Below are positions 61,170 through 64,000 of a stretch of DNA of 64,000 bases, piece by piece. Source of the DNA: a bacterium BMS3Abin11 (lineage in GTDB: Bacteria; Pseudomonadota; Gammaproteobacteria; BMS3Bbin11); contig BDTD01000007.1 in assembly GCA_002897635.1 (NCBI GenBank), positions 16,907 through 80,906 of the forward strand, written 5' to 3'. The first letter of the stretch is position 1, and every line of letters starts with the position of its first letter. Both the position numbers and the translations under genes were made by a program. The notes under the pieces are model-generated. The model did no database searches, was not told where the DNA came from, and saw only the letters and a program-made list of their open reading frames with translations.

Positions 61170-62219
61170 CTAATATTCATCAAGTTTAGTCCCTGTATTC
61201 TCTGATGCAAGTGGAGGATTTGACATTTGTAGTTTCTCCAAATCCTGCAAAACATGATCTGACAGACTATCCTGTAAATGAAAGATGCTGGAACCATCCT
61301 GTTCGACTCTGCCGGATGCCAGGATAAGTCCTGCAGGTAAACTACTAAGAATGTATTCTATATTTACATTTCCTGAAACCTGACGCAGCTTTACCAGTAG
61401 TTTTGTTGTAGCAGAGGATCGATCACTCACCAAAACAAGATCAAATACATCATGGATACCAGAGAGTCGAGATCTGACAGCCATTTCTATACCCTCAAGA
61501 TGAACAACGCTTTCATTATCCTGAGCCTGGTTTACAAATGCTGGAACATATAGATTGATAACATCCCGAGCCTGTGTAGAAGAAACCATGTTCTGCGTCC
61601 AGATAAAGGCAGCGATCAATCCCGTCAGAATTACCAGGAGAATATACCTTGCACTTCTTTGCTGCCTGTATCTATTCAAGCTTGCGAAGAACTGGCGCCT
61701 CATTTCCCGCCCCCTGCTACGACTAGCCTGGCCATCAGGCAGGTAGGCATACAATGGCATTCGAATATCGAAATTCTTTAGATCATAAGTACCTAAAGCA
61801 ACTAATCTCTGTCTTTCACTGGCCTTTAGATGCTGAAAGACCGTTCGAGACAGGCATATTCCACCTGCCCGTGCGCAATATGGCAGGCGTGAAGCCAGGT
61901 TCACATCCGCGCCCTGTAACCTGCCCTGTCGAAATAGCACTTCTCCAGTATGCAGGCCGATTCTTAGAATAAACTGAGACAGAATCTGTTGCAAAGAAAT
62001 TGCAGCATTGAACGCCAGCGTGGCGTCGGGAAAATAAGCGTATAATTCACCTATCCTGATCTCCAGCAACTTACCATGAAAACGCTTCAAATGATCACGC
62101 AGAAACCCCTGATGCTCTTCTAGTCGACATGAGACTACAGGTATCTCTCTTTCATTCTCTGCCGTCTCGGTAACCTGGACAAACATAATGGTTACAACAC
62201 TGCAATGCGTTTCAGGCAT
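61170..62219 (-). CDS. Membrane-anchored class III nucleotidyl cyclase-like protein, subunit B: degenerate metal-binding Asp residues, intact Asn/Arg transition-state motif
   Basis: Cyclase homology domain with LRIGLHTGEVL and GADVNLASRL (Asn and Arg present). The first metal Asp is replaced (IMFVQV) and the second position is GE. One TM segment (ILLVILTGLIAAFIW), then a roughly 140 aa C-terminal domain of unknown function. Confidence 0.6.
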   Translation of the reverse strand: MPETHCSVVTIMFVQVTETAENEREIPVVSCRLEEHQGFLRDHLKRFHGKLLEIRIGELYAYFPDATLAFNAAISLQQILSQFILRIGLHTGEVLFRQGRLQGADVNLASRLPYCARAGGICLSRTVFQHLKASERQRLVALGTYDLKNFDIRMPLYAYLPDGQASRSRGREMRRQFFASLNRYRQQRSARYILLVILTGLIAAFIWTQNMVSSTQARDVINLYVPAFVNQAQDNESVVHLEGIEMAVRSRLSGIHDVFDLVLVSDRSSATTKLLVKLRQVSGNVNIEYILSSLPAGLILASGRVEQDGSSIFHLQDSLSDHVLQDLEKLQMSNPPLASENTGTKLDEY

Positions 62220-62348
62220 AGGATTTCCTTATCCTCTGTAAGATGGTTAACAGGTTGCGAATGAGACAAAATACATCAGAACCACATTTTACCCAAATAA
62301 ATTAAAATGAATATTATGAGAAAACGGGCTTAATAGAGGGATCCAAAA

Positions 62349-63419
62349 TCAGGAACCTAGCCACGCAAGAATGTTTTCAGTAATCTGTCTTTCCATTTCT
62401 GCAAGGTTATTTATACTACCAGTAACCACACCACCGGATGCCTGCACCTTCCCGTTCTGCTCAAAAATTCCCCATGTCAGTCTTACATGCTCTGCATTTT
62501 GCTGGAAACTGAAAACAAGCCTGAAGGCAGAACTACTGCCATACTTTTTGTCAGCATTTGTGTCGGGTTTTGATGCACCCTTAACAGGAAGAAGATTTAC
62601 ACCAGCTATCGAATTTACGCTCGTTTGTATTCGCCTGGCCATGTCGCTGAGTTCTTTGCCGAATCCACCACTGGAAAAATCCCTGATCTCAGTAACTTCA
62701 ATATACCGAGTCTCAATTTCAGGCTTACTACTTGCGAACATTAAAAACAGTATTGTGGCTACCACCAACAATGGAATTTCAACAACAGGAGATATAATAG
62801 TTACATTTAAGTTGTCCAGATATTCGGTCTTCAGATACTCAAGTAAAAATCCCTGACGCCTGAGGAAAGCCTGTTTCTCTTCATATAGATAAAATACTGG
62901 CACTGTATCGGATAAAAAGCCCAGATCATGCCTGCCCAGTGGATAGGCATATACTGGAAAGTCCGGAGTAATTTCATCAATAATGGTTTTGCTGACGCAT
63001 AGCCCATCTGCACGACCTAAAGATTGAAGACAGGTAGCAGCTGCCAGTGAAAGCTGTTGCTGGCTTTCTTTTTCTCCCTGTTTACTGGAGGAGTGAATAC
63101 CGATTCGCGCAGTTATGCCTGGTTCTTCGGATGAAAGATTCCATGCATTGAGGGCTTCCTGTATGGCAAAACCAGCCTTTACTGCAGATTTGCAGGTTCT
63201 GAAGCTTGCTGAAATCGCATCACCGGTAAATTCAATCCCAAAACCAACTGCTTTTTCGATGATGGGTACCAGTATGGACTGGAAGGTTTCATAAAGATCA
63301 ACCCCTTTACGCTGATCTTTCTGCATGATCAGCGAAGAGCCGACTATATCAGCTACCATATAGGTTAAGGGCATCTCTATTAGTTCTGGATAGTTCAGGT
63401 TTGATTCAAAAGTTGTCAT
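62349..63419 (-). CDS. Membrane-anchored class III nucleotidyl cyclase-like protein, subunit A: metal-binding Asp pair present, Asn/Arg motif absent
   Basis: VADIVGSSLI (first metal Asp), EFTGDAISASF (second metal Asp) and ARIGIHSS. The region homologous to GxxVNxASRL reads GLCVSKTII, so Asn and Arg are lost. One TM segment and a C-terminal domain paralogous to subunit B. The first 20 codons of the track ORF derive from repeat copy I; the likely true start is the Met at 63359 (MVADIVGSS...). Confidence 0.6.
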   Translation of the reverse strand: MTTFESNLNYPELIEMPLTYMVADIVGSSLIMQKDQRKGVDLYETFQSILVPIIEKAVGFGIEFTGDAISASFRTCKSAVKAGFAIQEALNAWNLSSEEPGITARIGIHSSSKQGEKESQQQLSLAAATCLQSLGRADGLCVSKTIIDEITPDFPVYAYPLGRHDLGFLSDTVPVFYLYEEKQAFLRRQGFLLEYLKTEYLDNLNVTIISPVVEIPLLVVATILFLMFASSKPEIETRYIEVTEIRDFSSGGFGKELSDMARRIQTSVNSIAGVNLLPVKGASKPDTNADKKYGSSSAFRLVFSFQQNAEHVRLTWGIFEQNGKVQASGGVVTGSINNLAEMERQITENILAWLGS

Positions 63420-63528
63420 ATCAAGGCAAGGATCGCACGTAATAGCTAGTTATTGCGAAGATTCTTAACGCAGAGATGGCAGCTTTTGGATTGAACATGA
63501 GTATTCATGAATTAATAGAGGTGCCCTT
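63366..63528. repeat. Family-1 MITE-like element, subfamily a (copy I), 163 bp; the best-preserved copy, fills the parC-cyclase spacer
   Basis: AAGGGCATCTCTATTAGTTCTGGATAG ... CATATCAAGGCAAGGATCGCACGTAATAGCTAGTTATTGCGAAGATTCTTAACGCAGAGATGG ... CATGAATTAATAGAGGTGCCCTT. Confidence 0.9.
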
Positions 63529-63541
63529 GAGGGCGCAGTTG

Positions 63542-64000
63542 TCATTTCCTTTCAATGATAATTTTATCCACCAACCGGTAACCTTTCGGTAGCAATCGTC
63601 CACGTTGTGCACGGGCACCCCAATAGTCATCCATCTCAGCAGACTTCAGGCGACGGTATCGCTTGCCAGCATAGACCAGTAGTTTCTGACCATTCTTGAA
63701 TACCATCGCAGCTGCCAGTTTTTCTTCACCCGTCTCAAATTTCTTTGTCGGAATGTTAATCAGCTTAACGCCTTTACCGCGTGCCATAACCGGTAAGTCT
63801 TCGATGCTGTATACCAGTAAATGCCCTGTTGAACCCGCCAGGGCTAGCCAGTCGTTCACGATATCGCCAACTTGTACCGGCTGCAATATATCGGCACCCT
63901 TTGTCAGTTTAAGCACCACCTTGCCCTTACGGTTTTTACTTTGTAGGTCACCGAGACGCGTGACAAAACCATAGCCTGCGCTGGTAGAAAGCAGGAAATA
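63542..64000 (-). CDS. parC: Type IIA topoisomerase A-subunit C-terminal beta-pinwheel domain, probably ParC (topoisomerase IV subunit A). The 3' end of the gene is in the window; the 5' end runs past the window edge.
   Basis: GKGVKLI...blade-like repeats. The short C-terminal tail after the last blade fits ParC better than GyrA. Confidence 0.5.
   Translation of the reverse strand, partial: YFLLSTSAGYGFVTRLGDLQSKNRKGKVVLKLTKGADILQPVQVGDIVNDWLALAGSTGHLLVYSIEDLPVMARGKGVKLINIPTKKFETGEEKLAAAMVFKNGQKLLVYAGKRYRRLKSAEMDDYWGARAQRGRLLPKGYRLVDKIIIERK

Noticed and set aside
61170-63419. Pycsar/CBASS-like antiphage cyclase system
   Set aside because: The window has no effector with a cyclic-nucleotide-binding, TIR, patatin or TM-pore domain, and no cGAS/DncV-like nucleotidyltransferase fold. 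Both genes are class III cyclase-homology-domain paralogs with complementary catalytic residues, which fits a heterodimeric signalling cyclase better. Defence cannot be excluded.
1-64000. tRNA, rRNA, integrase or transposase genes, or a prophage or genomic island boundary
   Set aside because: I saw no T-loop/acceptor-stem patterns (GGTTCGAATCC-like), no rRNA-like stretches, and no DDE, tyrosine- or serine-recombinase-like ORFs. The repeats are nonautonomous.

Overview
This 64 kb window looks like chromosomal DNA from a gammaproteobacterium, about 45% GC, with mostly housekeeping gene content. The gene set suggests a Calvin-cycle autotroph: a phosphoribulokinase and a CbbY-type HAD phosphatase are present, alongside an ergothioneine egtC-egtB / egtD cluster. 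I found no tRNA, rRNA, CRISPR array, transposase or integrase.

Housekeeping genes identified:
- Partial ydiJ-like FAD/Fe-S oxidoreductase, a CNNM/CorC transporter, tsaB and relA.
- hom, two class I aminotransferases and dksA.
- purL, the dapA-bamC pair, and an OmpR-type response regulator with its histidine kinase.
- clpB.
- The bamD / rluD-pgeF block, a PPTase and nadE.
- The N-end-rule pair aat-bpt followed by infA.
- rpmB-rpmG (rpmG is missing from the ORF track), radC, coaBC-dut, algC-type phosphohexomutase, a ClC channel and the parC 3' end.

The most unusual feature is how densely the intergenic DNA is occupied by several unrelated families of structured repeats.
- Family 1: a roughly 165 bp MITE-like element. 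It has about 20 bp terminal inverted repeats (AAGGGCACCTCTATTAATTC) and a conserved palindromic core (ATCGCACGTAATAGCTAGCTATTGCGAAG). There are at least 9 full, variant, truncated or solo copies. Full copies nearly fill the intergenic spacers they occupy. Several copies supply a start codon, a stop codon or a Shine-Dalgarno sequence to the adjacent gene.
- Family 2: a BIME-like element. Inverted 29 bp arms made of CACAGAGGA 9-mers bracket variable inserts of about 90 bp.
- Octamer arrays of the form (CTTGGAAC)n, with up to about 15 copies. They flank family-2 elements and fill the bpt-infA spacer.
- A decamer (AGGACTAAAG)n inverted array pair.
- A 263 bp MITE with perfect 31 bp terminal inverted repeats, inserted exactly at the egtC-egtB junction.
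- A 170 bp long hairpin element.

The second highlight is a three-gene operon at 60.8-63.4 kb. It encodes two paralogous membrane-anchored class III nucleotidyl cyclases, each followed by a C-terminal domain of unknown function. Their catalytic motifs are complementary. One subunit keeps the metal-binding Asp pair but lacks the transition-state Asn/Arg; the other is the reverse. This is the logic of an obligate heterodimeric cyclase. A small unknown protein follows them.

Other notes:
- A sigma-32-like promoter sits upstream of clpB.
- An orphan Xre/MbcA/ParS-type antitoxin-domain gene lies next to the two-component system.
- Several ORF-track starts are probably wrong because repeat elements contribute spurious N-terminal extensions.
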